A DNA stretch of 64,000 bases from an uncultured Verrucomicrobiae bacterium (lineage in GTDB: Bacteria > Verrucomicrobiota > Verrucomicrobiia > Chthoniobacterales > UBA10450): assembly GCA_963772365.1 (NCBI GenBank), contig CAVYXA010000001.1, positions 288,001 through 352,000 on the forward strand, given 5' to 3'. Below, piece after piece: positions 50,511 through 61,063 of this stretch. The translations under genes were made by a program, and so were the position numbers. The stretch's first letter is position 1; each line of letters opens with the position of its first letter. Under the pieces are notes generated by a model that searched no databases, was not told where the DNA came from, and saw only the letters and a program-made list of their open reading frames with translations.

Positions 50511-52217
50511 ATGGTAAACCTTCTCAAATCCCTGGGCTGTGCGGCGGCGGCGTTGCTCGGTGCATTGTCCTTTTCTCAAGCACAAACCAGCGCGCCAGAC
50601 CCAGCGACCGGACAAGCTCCAGCTACTGCGGTTTCATCTACCGGTTCGACTGCGAAGAGCGCGGACAACTCGTCCTTGACGTTGGTGCAGGCGCCCACAG
50701 GTAACGCACCCACGCCGGGAGCACCTGCAGTTGCTGTGAAGAGCGATACCGCGTCTCCGGCAGATGAACAGGGCGGAGGTGTTGGAGTTCGCGAATTTCA
50801 AGGCGACGATGTCGGCCAGGTTCTGCGATTGCTTGCTCGTCAGGCGAAAATCAATCTTGTGGTGAGTGAAGCTGTGACCGGCACAGTCACGATGCGGTTG
50901 GAAGACGTCACTGCGCTTCAGGCAATCGAGATCATCGTCAAAGCCAAGGGACTGTTCCTGGATAAAATCGACAATGTCTATTACGTGAAGACGGATGCGG
51001 AACGCGCCAAGGAACCGACGGAATCGGACAGCTACCAATTTAGCTATGCTCGGGCGAAAGATGTTGCCCCGTTAATCGCGTCGCAGTTGGCCAGCGGGGT
51101 CGCGCCGCAAGTTGACGAGAGAACGAACACCGTCTTCTTCCGCGAGACCCGCAGCAATATCGATCACATTCGCGGGATGCTGGTGCAGATCGATAAACCG
51201 ACCCGGCAGGTGATGATCGAAGCGCGTCTGGTCGAAGTGACGGCCAATCCCAAGCAGAGCTACGGAATCAATTGGGGCGGGGTGCTTGGAAGTTCTACCA
51301 ATCCCCAGACATTCTCTTATACAGGAACGAATGGCAAAGTGGATCCGATCACCGGGCAACTGATTAAAAGCGATCCTCAATTGGGCAACGCAGCGAATTC
51401 GAATTTCTATGGCAACCTTTCCCATTTGACCGGTCAGTTTGCGATTCTTACATTACCACAGTTTTCGGCTACTCTGCGCCTGCTCAACGAGGATAGTGAT
51501 GCCGAATTTCTGGCTAACCCGCGAATCGTCACGGCCGACAATCAGCAGGCTAAAATTGAAATCTCTCGGGCCCAGCCCGTGCCGCAGTTGAATTTCAACG
51601 AGCAAACCGCTCAGGCGGTCTTCAGCGGATTCCAGGATAAAAAGTTTGGCAACACCCTGCTGGTTCGCCCTTCTGTAAACAAAGACAATTTTGTCACGCT
51701 AAGCGTAAAACCAGAGATCAGCAACAAGGTCGGTGATCAGACGTTCACCTTCAGCGGCGCGACCGTGGCGAGTCCGATTATCGACACACGCTCTCTCGAC
51801 TCGAATGTTCTTATCAGAAGCGGTGACACTCTGGCGATCGGCGGCTTGCTGCAAGACGAAGTGAGCAAGGGGCGAAGCAAGGTCCCGGTGCTCGGGGATG
51901 TCCCCATTTTCGGCTATTTCTTCCAGGAACGCTTAAATGCGCGCACGAAACGCAACCTGCTGGTGTTTGTTACCCCGACAATTCTGGATGCGCGATATGG
52001 CACGGGATTGGAGGACCAGGTCTCAGGAATTCATCACAGTGGCGAAGAGTTTGCCGATCCTGACGGCTGGCGCAATAACGCGAAGGGCGCCATTCGTCTG
52101 GTTCCGACAGCACAGCGTCAGGTCGCCGCGGATTACGCCAAGCCAGGCGTGCCGCCGGCGCCGGAAGCAGCGTCCGAAGTGCAATTTAAGTCTTCAGCCA
52201 AGGATCGCGATTTTTAG
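50511..52217 (+). CDS. Secretin (PilQ/GspD family)
   Basis: Signal peptide, N-domains (VLRLLA.Q..INLVV, VDERTN), QVMIEARLVEV, A.PRIVT.DN, IGGLL...KVPVLGD.P.FG.FF and LLVFVTP.I. Confidence 0.93.
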   Translation: MVNLLKSLGCAAAALLGALSFSQAQTSAPDPATGQAPATAVSSTGSTAKSADNSSLTLVQAPTGNAPTPGAPAVAVKSDTASPADEQGGGVGVREFQGDDVGQVLRLLARQAKINLVVSEAVTGTVTMRLEDVTALQAIEIIVKAKGLFLDKIDNVYYVKTDAERAKEPTESDSYQFSYARAKDVAPLIASQLASGVAPQVDERTNTVFFRETRSNIDHIRGMLVQIDKPTRQVMIEARLVEVTANPKQSYGINWGGVLGSSTNPQTFSYTGTNGKVDPITGQLIKSDPQLGNAANSNFYGNLSHLTGQFAILTLPQFSATLRLLNEDSDAEFLANPRIVTADNQQAKIEISRAQPVPQLNFNEQTAQAVFSGFQDKKFGNTLLVRPSVNKDNFVTLSVKPEISNKVGDQTFTFSGATVASPIIDTRSLDSNVLIRSGDTLAIGGLLQDEVSKGRSKVPVLGDVPIFGYFFQERLNARTKRNLLVFVTPTILDARYGTGLEDQVSGIHHSGEEFADPDGWRNNAKGAIRLVPTAQRQVAADYAKPGVPPAPEAASEVQFKSSAKDRDF

Positions 52218-52240
52218 ATCGACAACGAATGTGGGGTTGA

Positions 52241-52282
52241 GAGGGGGCGGATGCTCGCAAGGTGTCCGCCCTCTTTTGTTTT
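52241..52282 (+). terminator. Intrinsic terminator after the secretin gene
   Basis: GGGCGGATGC...GTGTCCGCCC stem followed by TCTTTTGTTTT. Confidence 0.8.
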
Positions 52283-52288
52283 GCTAAA

Positions 52289-52888
52289 CTACCCATTCAA
52301 ATATTTCGATAGTCGCGCACGCAACTCCGTCCGCGCTCGAAAGAGAACGCTCTTCACTGCAGGCACGGATAAACCGAGAATCTCTCCGATCTCTTCATAA
52401 CTGAGCTCCTCATATCTTCGAAGGATTAGCGCCATGCGCTGCGTTTCAGGCAGCTGCATGATCGTGTCTTCAATAGCCCGCTGCAGCTCGGCCTCCAGTA
52501 GCGATGAATCCGGCGTCGGATTGTTCTGATCTCTTACGGGAAGTTCTCCGTCGCCGCTTTCAATTTGTAACGGAACGTGAGAATGCCGTTTGGTCCGGCG
52601 GAGTTCATTGAAAACGAGGTTACGCGTAATTTTGAGCAACCAGGTGGTGAATCTTGCTCGGGCTACGTAACGCCCCGAGCTCTTCCACACGCGAATGAAG
52701 ACTTGTTGCGCAATATCTTCGACATCGGAATTGCTGCCGAGCATTCGCGCGACTGTTCCCACGACCAAACCCTGATGTCGTTCGATCAATCGTTCGAACG
52801 CTTGCGTATCTCTATCGGCCACGAGGCGCATCAGACGAACGTCCTCGATTTGTTCGAGGTCATCCGGCGGTTTCGGATTCGTGGACAT
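52289..52888 (-). CDS. ECF sigma-70 factor (RpoE-like)
   Basis: AFE.L..RH, EDIAQ.VF..VW, F.TWL.KI..N and LSYEEI..ILG.S..AVKS.LFRAR. Confidence 0.93.
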   Translation of the reverse strand: MSTNPKPPDDLEQIEDVRLMRLVADRDTQAFERLIERHQGLVVGTVARMLGSNSDVEDIAQQVFIRVWKSSGRYVARARFTTWLLKITRNLVFNELRRTKRHSHVPLQIESGDGELPVRDQNNPTPDSSLLEAELQRAIEDTIMQLPETQRMALILRRYEELSYEEIGEILGLSVPAVKSVLFRARTELRARLSKYLNG

Positions 52889-52995
52889 TGCGAACAATAC
52901 GGCAGGAGTCACGCGCGAGCACGAATGAGCACGGGGCGACTAAGCTGTTTTCCGTTGCAACGCAAGGCGTAGCCATGCATGATTCCGCGGCAAAG

Positions 52996-54144
52996 ATGAA
53001 TCACCGGCTCATTCCTACCGAACTCAGGTCCATCGCGAAAAAGATTGAGGCCGGCCGGCGAATCTCCGAATCCGACGCTCTCGATCTCTATCGCTCGAAC
53101 GATCTGAACGCGCTCGGAATGATGGCGAACGTCGTGCGCGAAAGAAAGAACGGGAACTTCGCGACTTACATCCACAATCGATACATCAATTATTCCAATA
53201 TCTGCCTGCTCTCCTGTCAGTTCTGCGCCTTTGCAGCTAAAAAGCGCGATGCGCACGCATTTGAATACGCGATCGATGAGATCGTTCGGGCCGTTCGCGA
53301 CGCTCTCCCGCTTGGGATTACCGAAGTCCACATGGTGGGAGGCCTGCATCCGACTCTGAAAAAGCAATGGTATCTCGATCTGCTGCACGAATTGCGGGCG
53401 CTCGATCCCGATCTTCACATCAAAGCTTTCACCGCCATTGAAGTGCGCCATCTAGCCCAGCGGATTTTCAAAATGTCGATCCGCGAAACATTAGAAACGC
53501 TGCGCGAAGCCGGCCTCGGCTCGATCACCGGTGGCGGCGCAGAGATTTTCGATCCAGAAGTCCGGGATCGGATCTGTCGTGGCAAAGAAACGGCGACTGA
53601 ATGGCTCGATGTGCATCGCACCTGGCATGGCATGGGCGGACGCAGCACCTGCACGATGCTGTATGGTCATATTGAAACTCTATCCCAACGCGTCGACCAT
53701 CTGTGTCAGTTGCGCGAATTACAGGACGAGACCAATGGGTTTACCGGTTTTGTTCCATTCGCGTTTGAACCGTCCCGCTCCTTCGGAATTCTTTCTGATA
53801 TCAAGCCGACCTCGCCCTTTGAACAGCTTCGGAATCTGGCCGTAAGCCGGATTTACCTCGATAACATCGATCATCTCACCGCTTATTGGGTTAGTCTGGG
53901 ACTACCGCTCGCTCAGGTTTCGCTGAGCTACGGCGTAGACGATCTGCATGGAACAATCCTCGAGGAGAAGATTTTCCACATGGCTGGCGCGACTACTCCG
54001 CAACAGCAGACGATCGCAGCACTCGAACATGCAATTCGAGAGGCCGGTCGCGATCCAAGGCAGCGCGATAGTCATTACCGGCACATTTCTGCGGGGCCCG
54101 TAAATGGCGAAAAGGTAGATTCGACAGAATTGGCCTGGGCGTAA
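52996..54144 (+). CDS. mqnE: Aminofutalosine synthase (radical SAM, CofH/MqnE family)
   Basis: NIC...C.FCAF, VGGLHP, HIKAFTA.E, GGGAEIF, TMLYGHIE and EEKIFHMAGA; adjacent to mqnA. Confidence 0.88.
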   Translation: MNHRLIPTELRSIAKKIEAGRRISESDALDLYRSNDLNALGMMANVVRERKNGNFATYIHNRYINYSNICLLSCQFCAFAAKKRDAHAFEYAIDEIVRAVRDALPLGITEVHMVGGLHPTLKKQWYLDLLHELRALDPDLHIKAFTAIEVRHLAQRIFKMSIRETLETLREAGLGSITGGGAEIFDPEVRDRICRGKETATEWLDVHRTWHGMGGRSTCTMLYGHIETLSQRVDHLCQLRELQDETNGFTGFVPFAFEPSRSFGILSDIKPTSPFEQLRNLAVSRIYLDNIDHLTAYWVSLGLPLAQVSLSYGVDDLHGTILEEKIFHMAGATTPQQQTIAALEHAIREAGRDPRQRDSHYRHISAGPVNGEKVDSTELAWA

Positions 54145-54909
54145 TTGAAGCCACTCCACCTCGGCTGCGTAAAATACCTGAACGCCCGGCCGCTCGTTCA
54201 CGGCTGGCCCGAGCGGGTGGTATTGGATCACCCGGCTTCACTCTGCGCCCAATTAGCCAGGGGCGACCTAGACGTGGCGCTTGTATCCAGCTTCGAATTC
54301 TTGCGCAATCCGATCTATCGGATTGTGGATGGCATCTCCATATCTTCTGATGGCCCCGTTTATAGCGTCGTAGTTGCGCACGGTGGTGCGCTCAGCGATG
54401 TGGAAGAAATCGAGCTCGATCCCGCTTCGGAAACTTCGGTCAATCTTTTGCGTTGTCTCCTGGCTTCTAAAAATTTCGCGCCGCGGTTAACGACAGTATC
54501 GACAGCCTGGATCAGTTCGCATCGGGCCCGACTTTTCATCGGTGATCAAGCCATTCGTTTTCGTCAGGAACACGAAACGGAATTCGAATTTTGGGATCTC
54601 GGCGCGGCTTGGAAGGAACTTGTCAATCTACCGTTCGTCTACGCGCTCTGGCTGGTCAGGCCGGAGTTTCCTGAACCTGACACTGTCGCACAGAAGTTGC
54701 GGGAGTTGCGCGACCGGAACCTGCCTCGAATCAAGCAACTGATTTCGAAAGAAACGAAGTTCGATCTCGATTTTTGCGAACGCTATTTTGCAGAGAACAT
54801 CCGATTCAGCTTTGGGGAACGAGAAAAGAAAGGTCTGCTCACTTTCGCCAATTTATGCGTCAAGCACGGTCTGCTGCCCGACCGAAATCGTTCGCTCGAG
54901 CTCGTCTAG
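54145..54909 (+). CDS. mqnA: Chorismate dehydratase (futalosine menaquinone pathway)
   Basis: G.V.YLNARPL, S.TSV.LL, IGD.A and DLG..W....LPFVYALW motifs. Confidence 0.92.
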   Translation: MKPLHLGCVKYLNARPLVHGWPERVVLDHPASLCAQLARGDLDVALVSSFEFLRNPIYRIVDGISISSDGPVYSVVVAHGGALSDVEEIELDPASETSVNLLRCLLASKNFAPRLTTVSTAWISSHRARLFIGDQAIRFRQEHETEFEFWDLGAAWKELVNLPFVYALWLVRPEFPEPDTVAQKLRELRDRNLPRIKQLISKETKFDLDFCERYFAENIRFSFGEREKKGLLTFANLCVKHGLLPDRNRSLELV

Positions 54910-55848
54910 ATAAGATCGACATCCGCGTCGGGATCTCCGGCTGGCGTTATCCGGGGTGGCGGGGCAAATTTTACCCGAAAGACCTGCCGCAACGCCGCGA
55001 GCTCGAATTTGCTGCGAGCAAATTCAATTCCGTTGAGATCAACGGCTCGTTCTACTCACTTCAGCTTCCCTCCAGCTATCAGCGCTGGTATGCGGAAACG
55101 CCCGATGATTTTCTCTTTGCGGTCAAAGGAGGGCGATTCATCACTCACATGAAAAAGCTTCGCGAGGTTAGAACTCCGCTGGCCAACTTCTTTGCTTCGG
55201 GTGTACTCTGCGTTGCGAGAAAAACTTGGCCCGATCCTGTGGCAGTTGCCTCCCAATCTCGGGTGGGACCGACAGCGCTTGCAGACTTTTCTTGGGTTGC
55301 TCCCTCGTGAAACGGCCGAGGCGGCGAAGCTCGCAACCAAACACGACGACAAACTAAAAGCGCCAGCCTGGACCAGGATCGACATCTCGCGTCTCCTTCG
55401 TTATGCCATCGAAGTCCGTCACGATAGTTTCATGACTCCTGATTTTTTCGATCTGCTGCGCCGGTGCAATGTCGCATTCGTCTTCGCCGATACTGCCAAG
55501 AAATGGCCTTACGCCGAAGATTTGACCGCAGATTTCATTTACATCCGCCTTCATGGCGCCGAAGAAATTTATGTCAGTGGTTATGGCGACCACGCGTTGA
55601 ATTGGTGGGCAGAGCGGATCGAGAAATGGCAGCATGGCCGACAACCTCTCGACGCGACTGTTATTGGGTCTGCCCGAGGCGACAATAGAGCGCGTGATGT
55701 GTTTGTTTATTTCGATAACGACGCCAAAGTATTCGCGCCGTTTGACGCCATCCGGCTTTGCCAGAGATTGCAGCGCGTCGAACAGTTGCCGGTTGATCGG
55801 CCGGAGCGTGAACCAAGAGCAAAACGAAAATGCGCACCATCATTGTAA
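54855..55848 (+). pseudogene. DUF72 family protein (1-nt frameshift near 55209)
   Basis: IRVGISGWRY..W...FYP and VEINGSFY are in one frame; LREKLGPILWQLPP, EVRH.SF, YIRLHG and YFDNDAK are in the next. Confidence 0.85.
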
Positions 55849-56891
55849 CCGGTTCAGCCGGCCTGATTGGTTCTGAAACCGCCAGGTATTTTGCCGGAAA
55901 AGGCGGGCGCATCGTGGGAATCGACAACGATATGCGCTCGCAATTTTTCGGGCCAGAAGCTTCGACAAAGAAAACGCGCGACGCTTTGATCAAGAATCTC
56001 CGCAGTTACGAGCATCATAGCATCGACATTCGAGATGCGGCCAAGATCGACAGTTTATTCAAACAACATTCCGGTAACGTTGACGCGATCGTGCATACTG
56101 CTTCTCAGCCGTCGCATGACTGGGCGGCGCGCGATCCGCAAACCGATTTCACGGTAAACGCGAACGGCACCCTCAACTTATTGGAAGCGGCACGGAAGTT
56201 CTGCCCCGAAGCCGCCTTCATTTTTACATCGACAAATAAAGTCTATGGCGACACGCCCAATCGTTTGCCCTTGCGAGAGCTGGAAAAACGCTGGGAGATC
56301 GAACCCGGCCATAAATACGAACCGGGCATCTCCGAGTCGATGAGTATCGACAACACGAAACACTCTTTGTTTGGCGCGTCGAAAGTTGCGGCGGATGTGC
56401 TCGTGCAGGAATACGGACGCTATTTTGGAATGCCGACGGTTTGCTTCCGGGGAGGTTGCCTTACCGGACCGGCCCACGCCGGAACTGAGCTTCACGGGTT
56501 CCTTTCCTATTTAATGATCTGCACTGTCACCGGACGCCCGTATCGCGTTTTCGGTTACAAAGGAAAACAGGTGCGCGACAACATTCACAGCTTCGATCTG
56601 GTCGAAGCGTTTGCGGAATTCCTCCGCGCGCCGCGCGTCGGCGAGGTTTACAACATTGGCGGCGGCCGTCACAGCAATTGCTCGATGCTGGAAGCGATCG
56701 AGATGTGCGAGCAAATCAGCGGCAAGAAACTACTTTGGACTTACGAAGAAACGAACCGGATAGGCGATCACATCTGGTGGATCAGCGATGTGCGAAAGTT
56801 TCAATCCCATTATCCGAATTGGAAGTTCCGCTACGGAATGCGAGAAATTCTGGAAGAAATCCATCGCGCGGTCGCAACCAAGCCGCTTTGA
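55830..56891 (+). CDS. NAD-dependent epimerase/dehydratase (CDP-paratose 2-epimerase-like)
   Basis: [24 protein letters not shown] and GKQVRDNIH motifs. Confidence 0.9.
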   Translation: MRTIIVTGSAGLIGSETARYFAGKGGRIVGIDNDMRSQFFGPEASTKKTRDALIKNLRSYEHHSIDIRDAAKIDSLFKQHSGNVDAIVHTASQPSHDWAARDPQTDFTVNANGTLNLLEAARKFCPEAAFIFTSTNKVYGDTPNRLPLRELEKRWEIEPGHKYEPGISESMSIDNTKHSLFGASKVAADVLVQEYGRYFGMPTVCFRGGCLTGPAHAGTELHGFLSYLMICTVTGRPYRVFGYKGKQVRDNIHSFDLVEAFAEFLRAPRVGEVYNIGGGRHSNCSMLEAIEMCEQISGKKLLWTYEETNRIGDHIWWISDVRKFQSHYPNWKFRYGMREILEEIHRAVATKPL

Positions 56892-56908
56892 AATTTGAGC
56901 GACTAACC

Positions 56909-57331
56909 TCAATACTGCTCGCCTTCATCCTCGGTCGGGAGCACGCGATCTTCCGCTGCCCAGGCGTGAATCATCACCCCGATCCAGTAGAAAACGAGGA
57001 TGCCGATTCCAAAGCCGGCGGAAGCGAACGCCGCTAGAAGTCCGAAGGCGATGGCCACCGGCGTGATCAGGAACAGCAAAACCGCGCCCATGACCCGGTG
57101 ACCCTTGTAGATGTGCCCGAGCCCCGGAACAATACTCAGCAGGATTGCCATCGCATCGCTCGCTTTTGGCTCGGCCGGCTTGGTCGCTTCGCGTGTCCAA
57201 TCGCAGTTGGTACACGCCTCGGCGTCCTCCGGTAAAATCGCACCGCAATAGGGACAGGCCATGGTCCCGGGCGGCGTGCTCGGCCCGGTTTGCGTCGGTG
57301 CATCTGTATATTCGACGTCCATAAGATCCAC
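56909..57331 (-). CDS. Zinc-ribbon membrane protein
   Basis: CPYCG...CTNC, then LS.VPGLGHIY.G and TM segments. Confidence 0.8.
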   Translation of the reverse strand: MDLMDVEYTDAPTQTGPSTPPGTMACPYCGAILPEDAEACTNCDWTREATKPAEPKASDAMAILLSIVPGLGHIYKGHRVMGAVLLFLITPVAIAFGLLAAFASAGFGIGILVFYWIGVMIHAWAAEDRVLPTEDEGEQY

Positions 57332-57369
57332 AATTCAAAGTCACAATTTGCATGATGTTCGTCAAGCAA

Positions 57370-57426
57370 TTGTCGGGGTCTCGCGAAAATCCTTTGGGAT
57401 TGGCGTCTGTCACAGACGCCCTACAA
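57370..57426. repeat. REP-like palindrome
   Basis: GGCGTCTG-TCA-CAGACGCC-CTACAA hairpin in the divergent intergenic region. Confidence 0.55.
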
Positions 57427-57433
57427 TTACACG

Positions 57434-58189
57434 ATGCCTTCGCTCGTCGCCGTCGCCGCTTACATTGACGATTTACTTCGTATCCGCGACATCCAGGATT
57501 GGCCAAACGCCCTGAATGGTCTTCAAATCGAAAACTCCGGGCGAGTGACCAAGATCGGCGCATCGGTGGACGTTTCGACGCGAATACTGAAAGCGGCAGC
57601 CAAAAAAAATGTCGATCTTCTGATCGTCCATCACGGTTTGTTCTGGCCGGGACTGCAACCGGTGACAGAGTCATTGCATCGGCAATTGCGGATTGCATTC
57701 GAACACAACATCGCGCTTTACAGCGCACATCTTCCGCTCGATGTGCATTCCCGATTGGGGAACAATTCGCAACTCGCGGCTGCCCTTGGTTTGAAATCGA
57801 CTAAGCCGTTCCTCGAAGAGAAAGGTCAATCGATCGGATTAAGAGCGCGTTTTTCATTATCGAGAGAACAGCTGGTTCGCCGGGTGAGCAGTGTGTTAAA
57901 GGCTCCAGTGAAAACGTTTCGATTCGGACCGAAAACGACGAAAAATATTGCCGTCGTGACCGGCGGCGCGGGCTCGGAAATTTACCGCGTCGCGGAGCAG
58001 CAGATCGATACCTTCATCACCGGCGAAGCGCCGCATTGGGCGGCTATTGCCGCGGAAGAACTCGAAATCAATCTGATTCTCGGCGGCCATTACGCGACCG
58101 AAACCTTCGGCGTCAAAGCTTTAGCCGCGCATTTATCGAAACGCTTCAAACTTCCGTGGGAATTGATTGGTTTTCCCACGGGACTGTAA
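57434..58189 (+). CDS. Nif3-like dinuclear metal centre protein
   Basis: NGLQ, VHHGLFW, HLPLD.H..LGNN, ITGE and GHYATE.FG motifs. Confidence 0.95.
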   Translation: MPSLVAVAAYIDDLLRIRDIQDWPNALNGLQIENSGRVTKIGASVDVSTRILKAAAKKNVDLLIVHHGLFWPGLQPVTESLHRQLRIAFEHNIALYSAHLPLDVHSRLGNNSQLAAALGLKSTKPFLEEKGQSIGLRARFSLSREQLVRRVSSVLKAPVKTFRFGPKTTKNIAVVTGGAGSEIYRVAEQQIDTFITGEAPHWAAIAAEELEINLILGGHYATETFGVKALAAHLSKRFKLPWELIGFPTGL

Positions 58190-58193
58190 GCCA

Positions 58194-59807
58194 ATGGCAG
58201 CGGCGCAAGATCGACAATCGAGCACGCGCGCGACTGGCGTCGTTGGGCTGGCGATTCTTTGCAGCCGCCTTCTCGGTCTGATTCGAGAACAGGTGTTTGC
58301 GGGGCTGTTTGGCGCTGGAAGAAATCTCGACGCATTCCTGATGGCGTTTCGCCTGCCGAATCTGCTGCGCGATCTGTTTGCCGAGGGCGCGCTTTCGACA
58401 GCGTTCATTACAACGTTTTCGCAAAAGATCGCAGTCGAAGGTGATGAATCGGCCTGGCGGCTGGCAAATAAAGTCGCGACCCTCACGGCCCTTTTCATGA
58501 GCGCGGTGACGCTGCTCGGGATCATTTTTGCGCCTCAGCTTGTCGATCTTCTCACCTGGGGCGCGTGGTCACCGGACAAGACTGCGCTAACCATTCTGCT
58601 TACGCGGATCATGTGGCCATTCATGCTTCTGGTTTCCCTGGCTGCGCTAGTGATGGGAATGCTGAACGCGAAACATGTGTTTGGACCGCCGGCCATGGCG
58701 TCGAGCTATTTCAATCTCGGCTCGATTATTGCCGGTGTCGGCATTGGTTGGTGGCTGGACCCGCACTTCGGCGCTCGCTCGCTCACCGGTTTAGCAATCG
58801 GAACATTGATCGGCGGCGCCTGGCAATTGAGCGCCCAATTTCCATCTTTGCGACGCGTCGGCTATAAATACAGGCCGGATTTTCACTGGCGTGATGAAGG
58901 CGTGCGCACGGTGCTAACGCTGATGGCTCCAGCCGTAATCGCCGCGAGCGCCGTCCAGGTCAACGTGCTCGTAAATAGCGGATTTGCTGCGAGTCTCGGC
59001 AACGGCCCGGTGAGTTGGCTCAACATCGCCTTTCGGTTGATGCAATTGCCATTGGGAATCTTCGGTGTTGCCATCGGCACGGTCACGCTTCCGCTCGTTT
59101 CGAAAAGTGCCGCGGTGGGAAACATGGATCAGTTCCGCGCGATTCTCGCTCGCGGGATGCGACTCGCGTTCCTACTCACCATCCCGTCCGCGATCGGTCT
59201 GGCGATGCTGGCGTCGCCAATAATCAGCGTGATTTATCAGCACGGTCGATTCACGCCGGAAATGACGCGTCAAACGGCTGGCGCGCTGCGCTTTTACGCT
59301 ATCGGCCTGGTTTCGTATGCAGCGCTTAAAGTGCTGACGCCCGCGTTTTACGCGATTGGAAAACGCAATACGCCGATGATTGTGAGCTTTCTCGCGATCG
59401 GCACAAATCTCTTTCTCAACTGGCTGTTCACCTTTCGCCTCGGGTGGGGTCATCGCGGCCTGGCTTTTTCCACAAGCATCGTGGCGACCATCAATTTCCT
59501 GTTGCTCTACTCGTTGATGCACCAGCAAACGCAGCGGCTCGAGACGCGCCAATTGCTCGAGGGCCTAGGGAAAATCTGCATCGCGGGCGCCTTGCTCGCG
59601 CTCGTCTGTTGGGCGGCAAATTACTGGTGGCTCGGTGCCTGGGCCCAACTGCGTTTTGTTCCCAAGCTTTGGATCCTGCTTGCAACCATTGCTTTTGGTG
59701 CCGGAATATTTTTCGGAACAGCCCTTCTGCTCCGGGTAAGCGAAGTTCAGGAAATTGTCGATCTCTTCCGGCGCAAATTCTGGCGGCCCAATCAGCCGAG
59801 CGCGTGA
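58194..59807 (+). CDS. murJ: Lipid II flippase MurJ (MviN)
   Basis: SRLLGL.RE, DAF..AFRLPNL.R.LFAEGA.S.AF and A.RLMQLPLG.FGVA motifs. Confidence 0.95.
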   Translation: MAAAQDRQSSTRATGVVGLAILCSRLLGLIREQVFAGLFGAGRNLDAFLMAFRLPNLLRDLFAEGALSTAFITTFSQKIAVEGDESAWRLANKVATLTALFMSAVTLLGIIFAPQLVDLLTWGAWSPDKTALTILLTRIMWPFMLLVSLAALVMGMLNAKHVFGPPAMASSYFNLGSIIAGVGIGWWLDPHFGARSLTGLAIGTLIGGAWQLSAQFPSLRRVGYKYRPDFHWRDEGVRTVLTLMAPAVIAASAVQVNVLVNSGFAASLGNGPVSWLNIAFRLMQLPLGIFGVAIGTVTLPLVSKSAAVGNMDQFRAILARGMRLAFLLTIPSAIGLAMLASPIISVIYQHGRFTPEMTRQTAGALRFYAIGLVSYAALKVLTPAFYAIGKRNTPMIVSFLAIGTNLFLNWLFTFRLGWGHRGLAFSTSIVATINFLLLYSLMHQQTQRLETRQLLEGLGKICIAGALLALVCWAANYWWLGAWAQLRFVPKLWILLATIAFGAGIFFGTALLLRVSEVQEIVDLFRRKFWRPNQPSA

Positions 59808-60907
59808 TCCAGGTCTTCAATCAAATCGTCGGCATTTTCGAGCCCGATTGATAAACGCAGCAAGCCGGGCGGTGATGTTGTTCCCGGTCCTTCGATTGAT
59901 GCGCGATGCTCGATCAAACTTTCGACACCACCCAGGCTGGTCGCGCGAGTAAAAATCTTTGTCTTCGCCGCGACTGACATCGCTGCATCGCTTCCATCTT
60001 TGACTTCGAACGACAGCATCCCGCCAAACGAGGACATTTGTTTCGCGGCGATCTCGTGACCAGGATGCGATTTCAATCCGGGATAATGCACACGGCCCAC
60101 TTGTCGATGCTGGGCTAGAAACGTCGCGACTTTGGCTGCGTTCTCGGAATGCGCCCGCATCCTCCAGGGCAAAGTACGCATGCCGCGCAAGATCAGCCAG
60201 CAATCGAAAGGTGAGGGGACCGCGCCACCCTCGTACTGGATATTATGGATGCGTTGAAAGAACTCGCCCTCGGATTTCGATACGACGATTCCTCCGAGCA
60301 CATCGCAGTGGCCGCCGAAATATTTTGTGGTCGAATGCAAAACCAGATCGGCGCCGAGTTCGAAAGGTCGCTGGAGAACCGGCGCCCAGGTGTTGTCGCA
60401 AACACAAATTGCCCCGGCGTCATGAACGACATCTGCCACCGCCTTCAGATCGACAATTTTCAACAGCGGGTTCGATGGCGTCTCCATCCAGGCCAGTTTC
60501 GTTTTCGCTCGAATAGCTTTCTTCACCGCGCTGAGATTGCTCATGTCGATGAAATCGGCCTCAAGGCCCCAACGAAGGAAAATCTCACGGACAATTCGCG
60601 ACGTCCCGTAGTAAGCATCGACGTGGGCAACCACGTGGTCGCCCGGCGCTAACGCCTGGAAGATCGACATCGTGGCGCCGCTTCCCGATGCAAATGCAAC
60701 GGCACTGGTGCCGCCCTCGAGAGCGCTGATCCCTTGCTCGAGCGCCTGGCGATTCGGATTATTGTTCCGGGCGTACATGAATCCGCGCGAATAACTTCCT
60801 TCCACATCGCGCTCGAAGGTCGTCGAAAGATGAATCGGCGGTGAGACTGCGCCTGTAGCCGGATCGATCGACTGACCCGCATGCACCGCGATAGTTTCAA
60901 TTTTCAT
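59792..60907 (-). CDS. Cystathionine gamma-synthase/lyase family PLP enzyme
   Basis: Y.R..NP.R, ETPSNP, DNT, HSTTKY.GGH.D and SLGGVESLIEH motifs. Confidence 0.93.
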   Translation of the reverse strand: MKIETIAVHAGQSIDPATGAVSPPIHLSTTFERDVEGSYSRGFMYARNNNPNRQALEQGISALEGGTSAVAFASGSGATMSIFQALAPGDHVVAHVDAYYGTSRIVREIFLRWGLEADFIDMSNLSAVKKAIRAKTKLAWMETPSNPLLKIVDLKAVADVVHDAGAICVCDNTWAPVLQRPFELGADLVLHSTTKYFGGHCDVLGGIVVSKSEGEFFQRIHNIQYEGGAVPSPFDCWLILRGMRTLPWRMRAHSENAAKVATFLAQHRQVGRVHYPGLKSHPGHEIAAKQMSSFGGMLSFEVKDGSDAAMSVAAKTKIFTRATSLGGVESLIEHRASIEGPGTTSPPGLLRLSIGLENADDLIEDLDHALG

Positions 60908-61063
60908 TTGGCTGTGACGCTACTTGATTTCGCACGCCGCTGTCGATCTTACTGCATGTTTCGTTTGGCTCTCGCGGCTTTGAGAGTTGACTCGCGAACG
61001 CTTTCGGAGTTGACGGCTGGATTTGTCCAGCGCAAATAGCAAGCCTGCCCTTTGGGTAATTCC

